DNA from: Octopus bimaculoides
Taxonomy: Eukaryota
NCBI RefSeq assembly: GCF_001194135.2
Contig: NC_069002.1
Span: forward strand, 36,309,756-36,345,438
Direction: 5' to 3'
DNA: 35,683 bases
The notes beneath the pieces are model-generated. The model was given only the letters and a program-made list of their open reading frames with translations, was not told where the DNA came from and made no database searches. The position numbers were made by a program, and so were the translations under genes. Below, piece after piece: positions 12,132 to 22,802 of this stretch. Position 1 is the stretch's first letter, and every line of letters begins with the position of its first letter.

Positions 12132-12293
12132 GGCGCAGGAGTGGCTGTGTGGTAAGTAGCTTGCTTACCAACCACATGGTTCCAGGTTCAGTTCCACTGC
12201 GTGGCACCTTGGGCAAGTGTCTTCTACTATAGCCTCGGGCCGACCAAAGCTTTGTGAGTGGATTTGGTAGACGGAAACTGAAAGAAGCCCGTC

Positions 12294-12329
<36 letters not shown>

Positions 12330-12583
12330 NNNNNNNNNNNNNNNNNNNNNNNNNNNNNNNNNNNNNNNNNNNNNNNNNNNNNNNNNNNNNNNNNNNNNNN
12401 NNNNNNNNNNNNNNNNNNNNNTGTCCCCCCACCAACCGATGCTGGTGTGTTTATGTCCCCGTAACTTGGCGTTTCGGCAAAAAGAGACCGATAGAATAAG
12501 TCCTGGGGTCAATTTTCTCGACTAAAGGCGGTGCTCCAGCATGGCTACAGTCAAATGACTGAAACAAATAAAAGAGTAAAAGT
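12132..12583 (+). mobile_element. SINE family A, full-length copy (tRNA-derived head, internal microsatellite collapsed into an N-gap, 3' tail)
   Basis: Head ggcgcaggagtggctgtgtggtaag (box A-like) ... ggttcagttcc (box B-like); core ccttgggcaagtgtcttctactatagcc; internal (TA)n at 12296-12329 plus gap; tail ccccgtaacttggcg...gactaaaggcggtgctccagcatggc...aaaagagtaaaagt. Confidence 0.95.
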
Positions 12584-12838
12584 GTAATTATACATAAACA
12601 TACACGCATTCACGCACACATACATACAAATATATGTACATAGACCTACATACACAAATGCATACATTTAGAGATACAGTTGTGTGCATATATAGATGTA
12701 TGTAAATATGTGTGTGTATGGAAAGATGGATGGATGTATACGTATATACTTGCAAAATAAAATAATCAAAGAAATAAAACTTAGTGGTATCACAATTATT
12801 AATTAGTTACGATCGTTTCGATAAACCTGTGGTGTTAT

Positions 12839-13036
12839 CAAACCATATGAATATTCTTGCACACATATACATACACAAATAAACAAACTCTCACCTACTA
12901 ATGCATACACACACACACACACACACACATTCAAGCATAGACAAAGGCATGGTTAAGTGGTTAAAAAGTTCGCTTCAAAACTATGCCATTTCATGTTCAA
13001 TTCCTGGGTGTGACACCCTCATATGAGGTCTGATCA
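12839..13036 (+). repeat. 198-bp direct repeat, copy 1 (copy 2 at 14230-14431)
   Basis: Base-by-base comparison: one substitution and two extra AC units in copy 2. Confidence 0.95.
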
Positions 13037-13128
13037 ATCAACGTGCTGGATCATATACACAAAAATGGTGTTAGAAGCATAAAAGTTTACTAAGGGTGAG
13101 ATATTGGTTTCAGATTACGACACATGGA

Positions 13129-13203
13129 CAGCAGTTTAGGGGTAAGTGGTAAGTCGATTACGTCGATCCCAAAACTCAACTGATACTTATTTTATCGACC
13201 CCG
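13129..13203 (-). mobile_element. SINE family B, internal fragment
   Basis: gtcgattacgtcgatccc...tacttattttatcgaccccg. Confidence 0.7.
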
Positions 13204-13290
13204 TGTATTTGTGTGTGTATGTGTGTGTGTGTTTGTGTGTGTATGTATGCATGCATGTATGTATGCACGTACTTACATATACATGTGGGT

Positions 13291-13395
13291 TAAAAGAATA
13301 AGTACTGGGAACGGTTCGTTCGACTAAAACGCCTCAAGGTGGCGCTCCAGCATGGCTGCAGTCGAATGATTGATCGAAACCAGTAAAATAAGTAG
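13291..13395 (+). mobile_element. SINE family A, 3' tail fragment
   Basis: gaataagtactggg...cgactaaa...ggtggcgctccagcatggctgcagtc. Confidence 0.8.
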
Positions 13396-14075
13396 GCCAA
13401 TCAACTGAATTATTGCAAAGGGATTTTGGTCCGAGATTTTAAGGTCGGGCTTGAGTGTGTCGGGGTTGGTTTGAGAAAAGATTGCAGTTAAGGTTAGCAA
13501 TTAAGATATTTGAACAGATTGCCAAAATTGACCCAACAACTACCCACCTCCGTACCCCAAAACACACTCGTCTAAATGTCTGTAGAAGAAGAGAAAGAAA
13601 AAGAAACAGAACAAAAATGTCACAAACAAAATGGCGTTTCTCTTGCATTTGTGTTGTCATTAAACGATATTGAATTAATAAAAATGAACACGATAAACAT
13701 GATGACACCATCTTGTTAAACGATGGCAGAAGAAAAAATACAGTAAATATGGTGGAAAAGGAATATGAGTGGCATAGTTACACGATAAAATAACATGAAG
13801 TTGTAAAGAAAACTATGTGAGGATGGTCAGGTAAAGTTATCGAGGTGGGGGATGATGGGTCGAATTTTGTTTATAGTGATGGAGGCGGGTTGAAGTGGAG
13901 ATTGCTTAATAAATGGATATTTTTCTAAGAAATGACAGTTCCATTTCAAATTTATAAAATTTTGACAGTTTGTATTTCTTTACATAATCTCGCTTTCGTA
14001 GTACGTATGCTCAGATATACACATTTATGCACACAAACATACATGTACATACATGCTCACATATTCAAACGTGTA

Positions 14076-14127
<52 letters not shown>

Positions 14128-14229
14128 CGCATACACTGTTACAAGTATAAGCAAACTAATTGCCATACCACACGCATGCGTACCACCCACATTCATTGAT
14201 ACAAACATATATAAACACGCGCGCACAAA

Positions 14230-14431
14230 CAAACCATATGAATATTCTTGCACACATATACATACACAAATAAACAAACTCTCACCTACTAATGCATACA
14301 CACACACACACACACACACACACATTCAAGCATAGACAAAGGCATGGTTAAGTGGTTAAAAAGTCCGCTTCAAAACTATGCCATTTCATGTTCAATTCCT
14401 GGGTGTGACACCCTCATATGAGGTCTGATCA
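14230..14431 (+). repeat. Direct repeat, copy 2 of 12839-13036
   Basis: See copy 1. Confidence 0.95.
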
Positions 14432-14452
14432 TAACTATCGGGACTGGTGCTA
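14417..14452 (+). mobile_element. Possible Tc1/mariner-type terminal inverted repeat remnant
   Basis: TA followed by tgaggtctgatcataactatcgggactgg resembles mariner-type termini (TA-CGAGG..TGATCAATAAGTATCCGGACTG, recalled pattern); no partner TIR found in the window. Confidence 0.35.
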
Positions 14453-14466
14453 TATAAAAAAAAAAC

Positions 14467-14648
14467 ACAACCGTTGTTGATGTGTTTACGTCCTCGTAAC
14501 TTAGCAGTTCAGCAAAGGGATCCGATAGAATAAGCACCAAGTTTATAAAAAAAAGTACTGGGGTTGATTTGTTCGATTAGAATCCCTGAAAGCGGTGCCC
14601 CAGCATGGCCACAGTCTAATGACTGAAACAAGTGAAAGATGAATGATA
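14467..14648 (+). mobile_element. SINE family A, 3' half
   Basis: gtgtttacgtcctcgtaacttagcagttcagcaaa...cgatagaataagc...gcggtgccccagcatggccacagtctaatgactgaaacaagt. Confidence 0.88.
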
Positions 14649-15243
14649 GCGTTTAAGTGACAACAAGTATTAGAAGAACAGCTTCTTTTCTGTTAACCTT
14701 TATCTTGAGAGGAATGCTAGAGCACCGAATCAAATGTCTTGTACAAGCGATCGATAAAGAAAAACAACTTCTATTGTATTCTGTAGCAGCAAAAAAGAAT
14801 CAATACTTTCACACACTCAATAATTCAGTTTGCACGTATGCTTTTGTTATTTCGAATTATTTAATAATCATATTTAATACGTGATAAATAATATCAAAAG
14901 AAATTTTATGGTATGCTTAGACGATTAAAACTACGAGCAAACACAGTGCAGTTTATATTTGTGTATTTCCACCATCTTTACTTTGGCAACACTTACTGCC
15001 AATATGTCAGACAAAACGTGAAGAATACCGTGTCATGTTTATAAATGCAACAAAAGAGTACAGACGACAAAAATTTAAAAAGTGTTTACGATTTCTTGAA
15101 GGAACAAACGGAGTCGTTGAAGCAGAAGTCGACAATAGCAGACGACATTTATAAAACCTTCTTTCAAATATTACTGAACATGACAACTTCTTAGCTAACG
15201 TTTCCATACATTTTAATGTCAAAATCAGCAAAACACTTAACTC

Positions 15244-15279
<36 letters not shown>

Positions 15280-16504
15280 NNNNNNNNNNNNNNNNNNNNN
15301 NNNNNNNNNNNNNNNNNNNNNNNNNNNNNNNNNNNNNNNNNNNNNNNNNNNNNNNNNNNNNNNNNNNNNNNNNNNNNNNNNNNNNNNNNNNNNNNNNNNN
15401 NNNNNNNNNNNNNNNNNNNNNNNNNNNNNNNNNNNNNNNNNNNNNNNNNNNNNNNNNNNNNNNNNNNNNNNNNNNNNNNNNNNNNNNNNNNNNNNNNNNN
15501 NNNNNNNNNNNNNNNNNNNNNNNNNNNNNNNNNNNNNNNNNNNNNNNNNNNNNNNNNNNNNNNNNNNNNNNNNNNNNNNNNNNNNNNNNNNNNNNNNNNN
15601 NNNATCCAGAGAGTTTTTAACCCAACAGATATTTGATTCGAAATTCACCGTTCCTAAGAAGAATGAATCATTTCAAGCTTCGAAGGCCTTTTGATTACTA
15701 CAGATTTCTGTTTAGAAATTTTTGTTTTTCCATTTGGTGCATAGAAGGATTTTTCTTAGTTCGCTGCTGATGCTTTGTAAAAGTATTTCAACTCTGTCGC
15801 CCTCAAGAAATTCCTCACACACACACACACACACACAAGAAAAACAGTGGTCCTCATGAAGTTAGTTAAAGTGGCTGTTGCAATGCGCTATATCGAAAGT
15901 TTTGAAGGGTCAAAACGTCTTCATAATAACGGAAACAAAAAGAAACTTATTTGAATATAAAACTGGCAATTGTTCGCTTTTATTACCGATGGCAAAAGAG
16001 CAACAATGTTTGCCTACAGGAACCATCCTCTCTGTTCGATTTTCCATAAGCATAAACGTTTGATAATAACAAAGAATATAATTTTAATTTTGAATGCAAA
16101 ACTGAAGGCTTTTCACGTTTGGTGATATATGTTTACGAACAGAAACAGAAGCAAATTGGGTTTACAAACAAAAAAACGAAACCGACGTTATAAAACAAGT
16201 TATAAACAAATTGTCTCTCGGTTTAAGTGTAATAACATGTTTCATTGAAGATATTAATGGAACGACAGGTGTTTGTAACAATAAAATGAAACCGTAAAAC
16301 TCCCATTTGAAAATCATACGATTTCTCATTTCAAAGACTCGTGTGAAAGATTGCAAAATCCTTTTTTCCTTTATTACCCTGGTGCCATCCCAAAGAGTGG
16401 CAAGATTGTTCAATAAGATTTATTATACAAAATCCATGGTCAAACAGAATCTTGAAACGAAATAAATTGAGGCTCAAGAGCAGTAATTTTGAGAGGCAGG
16501 GAAT

Positions 16505-16640
16505 AGCAATACCTTCGATACCAGTACTTGACTGGTACTTGTTTTATCGACCGGAAGATATTTAAGGCTTAGTTGACAACGGCAGGATTTGAACTCATAG
16601 CGTAAGGAACCGCAGCAAATACCACTAAACATTTTGATTG
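16505..16640 (-). mobile_element. SINE family B, diverged
   Basis: ctggtacttgttttatcgaccgg...ggatttgaactcatagcgtaa matches family B in reverse. Confidence 0.7.
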
Positions 16641-16851
16641 ATACTCCTAAAATTCTGTCTGACAAAAATATGAATTTATTGGACCTGAGATCGACAATAT
16701 TGTTCATTTAAAACATCTTTTATAATATAACATCTGCTTCTAAATAGAAATAAAAGATATAACCCACTACATGTTTAGAATTCCCTTTCTGTTGTTTAGA
16801 ATTCAAAATTTATTTATAAATAAATATATAAAAATATGTGTATAGGTGTAA

Positions 16852-16895
<44 letters not shown>

Positions 16896-17889
16896 TGTGT
16901 TTACTTAACATACTTCATTCAAATAAAACCATCCATGAAACCAAGACAACCCCTCCTGAAATCAATCTCGCAAATCATTAAAGCCTGTCTCTCATTACAA
17001 AAATGCCAAAGGCCTGGTGATAGTCTGAGTGAAGAAATACGTCGCTTGACTTTGTATAAATAACAATTCGTCATAAAAAATGAAGACTAATAACAGCAAT
17101 TGGCACGATCACCGTTGCTTGATATGGAAAGAAAATACTATTCAAATCACGCTCTACTGTTTTAGAAGATGGGCAGAGCAAAAACGGTCCCCTTTGATCA
17201 TAAATCTATTCATCCATACTGCCGACCTGACTCTAAACAACATCACCAACAATAACAAATATTTAATTTCATAATTTCTGAAATACGATGAAAGACAACG
17301 GACTAATAAAATGAGAATAAAAATAAAGCTAGCAACGGGTTTATTCCTGCCAATTATTTATTGGCTGATCTTTAAAATTCATTCAGAGAGGTTAATGGTT
17401 AAGGGTTAATGGTTAATAGTTTTATTCTTGGTGTTCAGATTTCAATAAAAGGTAAAGTTTTTCGGTCGTCTAGGAACTTTTATAGTTTCATTCAAAGAGT
17501 TACGGAATGAGACAGAAAGGGAGATTAGTCTATCGACAGCAATATTTCTTCATACAGAGTGCGAGTGTGCGAGTATGTGTGTGTTTGTGCGTGGGCGAAT
17601 GACACACATGTTAGTCTTCTGCGATATACCATTTAACTTCTACTGCTTAACCTTTGCATACATAATTACGTACATACATTCATAAAATATGAATTTAAAT
17701 GTTAGAAAGTTTTAACTGTGATAGTGAACTTATATAAGAATGATATCAATACGTTGGTAGATTACGTCGTCCGAGTGTGGAGTAAAACAGAAGAAAGGAA
17801 AATTAAAACAGAAAACATAGAAGGAACGTGTTCACGTTCTCATAAAGCCCGTTCTTACAACTGATTTATTTTTCTACTTCCGATTCATG

Positions 17890-17966
17890 CTGTATCTCTC
17901 TCTCACTTCCTTTCTCTCGCTCTCTCTCTCTCTCTCTCTTCCTCTCTATCTTTCTCTCTCCCTCTC

Positions 17967-18014
<48 letters not shown>

Positions 18015-18018
18015 TCTT
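17890..18018. repeat. (CT)n microsatellite, imperfect
   Basis: Direct inspection. Confidence 0.95.
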
Positions 18019-18044
18019 GGCCTTTCAGTCTCGCTATGCTTCTC

Positions 18045-18080
18045 TCTTCTGATGACGGACAAACGCCTGAAACGTTAAGA
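18045..18080 (+). ncRNA. Minimal type I hammerhead-ribozyme-like motif (variant stem II) in a Penelope-type repeat fragment (about 18030-18170)
   Basis: TCTT-CTGATGA-C-GG-ACAAACG-CC-T-GAAA-CG-T-T-AAGA: intact CUGAUGA and GAAA, 4-bp stem I, palindromic ACGU stem III, NUH site GUU; lacks a clean G10.1-C11.1 closing pair. Confidence 0.55.
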
Positions 18081-19077
18081 CACTTTCACTTTCCATTTAA
18101 GCATCAAGCGAATACCGTATTTGTTAAACGTCTCTCCTCTGTTTTTATTGGTCATTGTATTTACATTATATGTGTGTGTATTTGACTGTGATTCTGTGTG
18201 TGTGTGTGTGTGTGTCTCCGTGTATGTGTGCATGTGTGTGTGTGTCTGTGCGCTGGTCTCTCTGTGGATGTAAACTTAAATATTGTACTATTCCGTGTGA
18301 GTTCAGCTATTCCTGGGCTCCTAATACTTATAACACGGCTCTATTTCTCACAGTATTTCTCTAATGAGAGAAGACAGTATAACTTTTAAAGAGGGGCATT
18401 CAACATGTAAGTGGCTTCCGTTTGTGCGGACACTCCTTTTGTGCAATCTCGCTTTTCGAAATTTTTAAACCAGAAGGATTTACGATTCGAACAGGAACGT
18501 TACGCCGAGCTGTGGTAACTGCAACTCCGTCCTCCGCTTGAACGCAAAGCGAAGCTCGCCTCACCGCTTTCACGCTCGCAAATGGAAATTGATAACTGTA
18601 TATTATCCTAATCAGCGGATTCTATAGTTTCAGCATTTATCTAGGACATATTCCGGACGAAGTGACGAACAATGTTAAATCTGCTCTGATACACAAAGTC
18701 TATTTTTCATTCACACACACACATTATAAAGAACCTTCATGCTGCATCCAACACGTTTGTGAATGAACGAATGAACGAATGAATGAATGACATTCTATTC
18801 ATTTGTCGACTCCTGATTGAATCTCACACTAGCTTATCTCGGGGAAATCTTTTGCAAATGCTAATCTCACTTTCCTAAATGCCAGGCATTCATCAACCTC
18901 TATTGTTCTCTCACATATCGTGGGCCCAGAAAAGCTTTGACTTCATCTATACACGCAGCGTAATTAATTAATTATACATTAAAATAAGAGCTTTATATAA
19001 AGCGATAACAGCAACCTACCATTTTTTTGGCGTCCTACGCAATGACCAGAAAGGCAAATCTGGCTAGATTTTCCTTT

Positions 19078-19229
19078 TCACTTTTTTACTTGTTTCAGTG
19101 ATGAGATTGCGGCCATGCTGGGGCAATGCCTTAAAAGGCTTTAGTCGAACGAATCGACTCCAGTACATAATTCTTCTTGTTATTAAGCCTGTAACTTATT
19201 CTGTTTGCCGATCGGCTAAGTTACACCGG
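19078..19229 (-). mobile_element. SINE family A, 3' tail
   Basis: ttacttgtttcagt...gcggccatgctggggca...ttagtcgaacgaatcgactccagtac...ccgatcggctaagttac. Confidence 0.85.
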
Positions 19230-19723
19230 TTATAAGCTGACAAGGTGAGTTGAGTTTAACCCTAGGCACGGTAAGAGCCACCGATGAGAATTAAGATGCT
19301 CTGCATCAAATTTCGAACTCACCAGTGATCTGACTATGTGCTTGTCTCTCCTTGTCAGTTATTAAGATAGTGCTTCTGTGGCAATTGTGCTGGTACGACT
19401 TAGTACCCTCTGTCACTTTAGCGACGTCTATGAATTTGCCTTTTGGTTGTTACATTGCTAATAAGCCACCCATATNNNNNNNNNNNNNNNNNNNNNNNNN
19501 NNNNNNNNNNNNNNNNNNNNNNNNNNNNNNNNNNNNNNNNNNNNNNNNNNNNNNNNNNNNNNNNNNNNNNNNNNNNNNNNNNNNNNNNNNNNNNNNNNNN
19601 NNNNNNNNNNNNNNNNNNNNNNNNNNNNNNNNNNNNNNNNNNNNNNNNNNNNNNNNNNNNNNNNNNNNNNNNNNNNNNNNNNNNNNNNNNNNNNNNNNNN
19701 NNNNNNNNNNNNNNNNNNNNNNN

Positions 19724-20290
19724 TATAATTATATTCATAATTATAATCAGGCGGCAGTTAATTACTTCGCCACGCACCGAATTTAGAAATAGCAGTTAAA
19801 ATACCTTTTCCGCTACCATAGATATCTCCCAGACAGTAAAACGCTTTTTTACGTAGGCAAAGAGAAAAAATAACGAATCCACGCGACTTAGATTAGCCAC
19901 ATACGCGTTTCGGGATTAAAGTAAAGTTATATTTACTTACTTATTTTACCTCATCAGTGCAGCATTTCAAATATAAATTTGGGAGTGTTACCTGATATTT
20001 AACCAGCACTTCCAAAAATATACAGCTGAATGAGAACACGCATTTATCCTCAAATACCCACGTGTGTTACGAGTAATCCTGCAGAAACTGCAGTTTTCGA
20101 TCAGAGAGTAAATTATATTTCAATAATAATAAAAGGGTAAAATTAATTGATTAATTAATCAATTAATTAATAATTAATAATTTTACCAAGTAGTTCGGTA
20201 CGTTAAGATAACCTTTTTGGTTAACAATGGCAAATGAAAGACGTTTCGACACATCCAGTAAGCTACCAGATGTAAACCATTCGTTTTATT
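19724..20290 (-). mobile_element. Probable Penelope-like pseudo-LTR / non-coding terminal repeat carrying two hammerhead motifs
   Basis: Contains one canonical and one degenerate hammerhead in the same orientation about 270 nt apart; no ORF. Assignment to Penelope-like elements is by analogy with the known family architecture. Confidence 0.5.
19896..19963 (-). ncRNA. Minimal type I hammerhead ribozyme with fully canonical catalytic core
   Basis: Minus strand: GCTGCA-CTGATGA-GG-(34 nt AT-rich, can fold)-CCC-GAAA-CGCG-T-A-TGTGGC. Stem I is 6 bp (4 Watson-Crick, 2 G-U), G10.1-C11.1 present, palindromic stem III ACGCGU, cleavage triplet GUA. Confidence 0.8.
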
Positions 20291-20295
20291 ATCTA

Positions 20296-20718
20296 CTAGC
20301 AGCCAAGCCCGGTTTCACCCGGTCAGAGAACGACGAGAAGAGAGAAACGAAGACATAAAAAAAGAGGAAGAAGTGGATACGAAGTGGTGTTTGGGTGACG
20401 GATCTTGGTAGAAAAAAAAAGAATGTCATGGTGAGTTAGTAAGGAGAGCAAAGCAAGATTAGACTTACCTGGGCTGACAGGACGATGAAAAAATTGCGGA
20501 GTTGAAATTAGAGCAGTTGAAGTTGCCGTTGTTATCATTGGAGTGCCTCTTGGTAGACAACATTCTTCGTCCTTCCCTCGGGTGCACAAATAGAAAAGAC
20601 CATGGGGACAGCCAACGTACAGTTGTGCGTGTGAGAAAACTTGCTCTGTCAGATTCAAACCAACCACTTGCACTGATTGTCCCTGCACTTTGTTGATGGG
20701 AAATTGCATCTATTTAAA
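20296..20718 (-). mobile_element. Helitron 3' end: C-terminal Pif1-like helicase remnant, subterminal hairpin and CTAG terminus; 5' part lost in gap 20719-21533
   Basis: FK*MQFP-INKVQGQSVQVVGLNLTEQVFSHAQLYVGC-PHGLF/SICAPEGRTKNVVYQEALQ* (stop 20535-20537) matches the Helitron RepHel C-terminus. CCGG-gtgaaa-CCGG hairpin (20309-20322) lies 9 nt before CTAG (20299-20296), which is followed by T. Confidence 0.92.
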
Positions 20719-21534
20719 NNNNNNNNNNNNNNNNNNNNNNNNNNNNNNNNNNNNNNNNNNNNNNNNNNNNNNNNNNNNNNNNNNNNNNNNNNNNNNNNNN
20801 NNNNNNNNNNNNNNNNNNNNNNNNNNNNNNNNNNNNNNNNNNNNNNNNNNNNNNNNNNNNNNNNNNNNNNNNNNNNNNNNNNNNNNNNNNNNNNNNNNNN
20901 NNNNNNNNNNNNNNNNNNNNNNNNNNNNNNNNNNNNNNNNNNNNNNNNNNNNNNNNNNNNNNNNNNNNNNNNNNNNNNNNNNNNNNNNNNNNNNNNNNNN
21001 NNNNNNNNNNNNNNNNNNNNNNNNNNNNNNNNNNNNNNNNNNNNNNNNNNNNNNNNNNNNNNNNNNNNNNNNNNNNNNNNNNNNNNNNNNNNNNNNNNNN
21101 NNNNNNNNNNNNNNNNNNNNNNNNNNNNNNNNNNNNNNNNNNNNNNNNNNNNNNNNNNNNNNNNNNNNNNNNNNNNNNNNNNNNNNNNNNNNNNNNNNNN
21201 NNNNNNNNNNNNNNNNNNNNNNNNNNNNNNNNNNNNNNNNNNNNNNNNNNNNNNNNNNNNNNNNNNNNNNNNNNNNNNNNNNNNNNNNNNNNNNNNNNNN
21301 NNNNNNNNNNNNNNNNNNNNNNNNNNNNNNNNNNNNNNNNNNNNNNNNNNNNNNNNNNNNNNNNNNNNNNNNNNNNNNNNNNNNNNNNNNNNNNNNNNNN
21401 NNNNNNNNNNNNNNNNNNNNNNNNNNNNNNNNNNNNNNNNNNNNNNNNNNNNNNNNNNNNNNNNNNNNNNNNNNNNNNNNNNNNNNNNNNNNNNNNNNNN
21501 NNNNNNNNNNNNNNNNNNNNNNNNNNNNNNNNNG

Positions 21535-21697
21535 GTATGTTTACACCCCCGTAACATGGCGATCAGGGAAAATGAGACCGATAGAATAAGCACCAGACTT
21601 GGAAAAAAACAGACAAAAGAAGTATTGAGTTCGATTCCACTTCAAGGCGGTGCTCCAGCCCGGCAGCAGTCTAATGACCGAAACAAGTAAAAGATAG
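21535..21697 (+). mobile_element. SINE family A, 3' half
   Basis: gtttacacccccgtaacatggcg...gagaccgatagaataagc...aaggcggtgctccagc...gaaacaagtaaaagat. Confidence 0.87.
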
Positions 21698-22217
21698 GTG
21701 CGTTTTAAGCAAGATGTGGCTGCTATTTCTAGCTGATCGATGGACCTTGTATGAGCTTAGTTTGTGATGGGGAATACGAGGACAGTGTTTGGCTTAGTGT
21801 TGGGAGGGGGGTATTTAATTGTGAAAGTTGAGTTATTTAATGAAAGTGTTTGGTTGAATGAATTTGCGCACTCTGTTCATAGACAACTTCTTCGGTTGTC
21901 AAGCAGAAAGAGACTGGTCAATACTAAATAATTAGTCACCAAACAAATACACACACTCTCTCTTTCTCTCTCTGTCTCTCCCCCCCTCTCTCTCTCTCTC
22001 TTATTCTCTTTCTGTCTCTTTCTTTCACTCACTGTCTTTCTCACTCACCCACCCCCTTTTCCTACTCCGTCCATCTCCTGTCTCCTTCTCTGTGTCTCTA
22101 CCATATCTGTGTATTCATCCATCTAATTGGATGGCAAGTTAGCAGAATATCTGGCTATCTTTCTGTGCATGTATGTATGCATATATATAAATGTACTACT
22201 GCTGCTGTTGCTGCTGT

Positions 22218-22350
22218 AATTTACAGTCTACCAAATTCACCCACAAAATATTGGTCGGTCCTGGTCTTTCGTAGAATACACTTGACCAAGGTGCCACACA
22301 ATAGAACTAAATTTGAAACCACGCGGATGTAAAGCGAACATTTTAACGCG
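22218..22350 (-). mobile_element. SINE family A, diverged head/core
   Basis: gtctaccaaattcacccacaa...gtagaatacacttgaccaaggtgccac. Confidence 0.75.
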
Positions 22351-22493
22351 CACCTTCGTTTCGGGATCGCCAGTACTTTATTATCTCTCCTTCTTCCAAG
22401 CTCTCCAGTCTAACTACGTTTGACCAATCAGTTGCCATGATCGTCCGCTAACTCCAAAAGTGTCTTTATTCTCTCTGTTTATTTCATCGTGTT

Positions 22494-22531
22494 TCTTTCT
22501 GTTGAAGAGCGTAGGCTCGAAACGTCAAAGA
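22494..22531 (+). ncRNA. Minimal hammerhead-like motif with A6-to-U core substitution, in a Penelope-type repeat fragment (about 22455-22625)
   Basis: TCTTT-CTGTTGA-A-GAGC-GTAG-GCTC-GAAA-CG-T-C-AAAGA: 5-bp stem I, 4-bp stem II with tetraloop, palindromic ACGU stem III, GUC site. Confidence 0.65.
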
Positions 22532-22802
22532 CTTTTTCACCTTCCCGAATGTCAAACTAATACACCTGCTCGTTGTTTATACACAAGTCTTCGTCATTTG
22601 TTTTTCTGTAAATTTCAACTATATATATATGTGTGTGTAGATATATATATATATATATANNNNNNNNNNNNNNNNNNNNNNNNNNNNNNNNNNNNNNNNN
22701 NNNNNNNNNNNNNNNNNNNNNNNNNNNNNNNNNNNNNNNNNNNNNNNNNNNNNNNNNNNNNNNNNNNNNNNNNNNNNNNNNNNNNNNNNNNNNNNNNNNN
22801 NN

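Noticed and set aside
19281-19320. CCGATGA-hairpin-GAAC resembling a hammerhead
   Set aside because: U4 and A15.1 are both altered, there is no palindromic stem III, and no stem I pairing.
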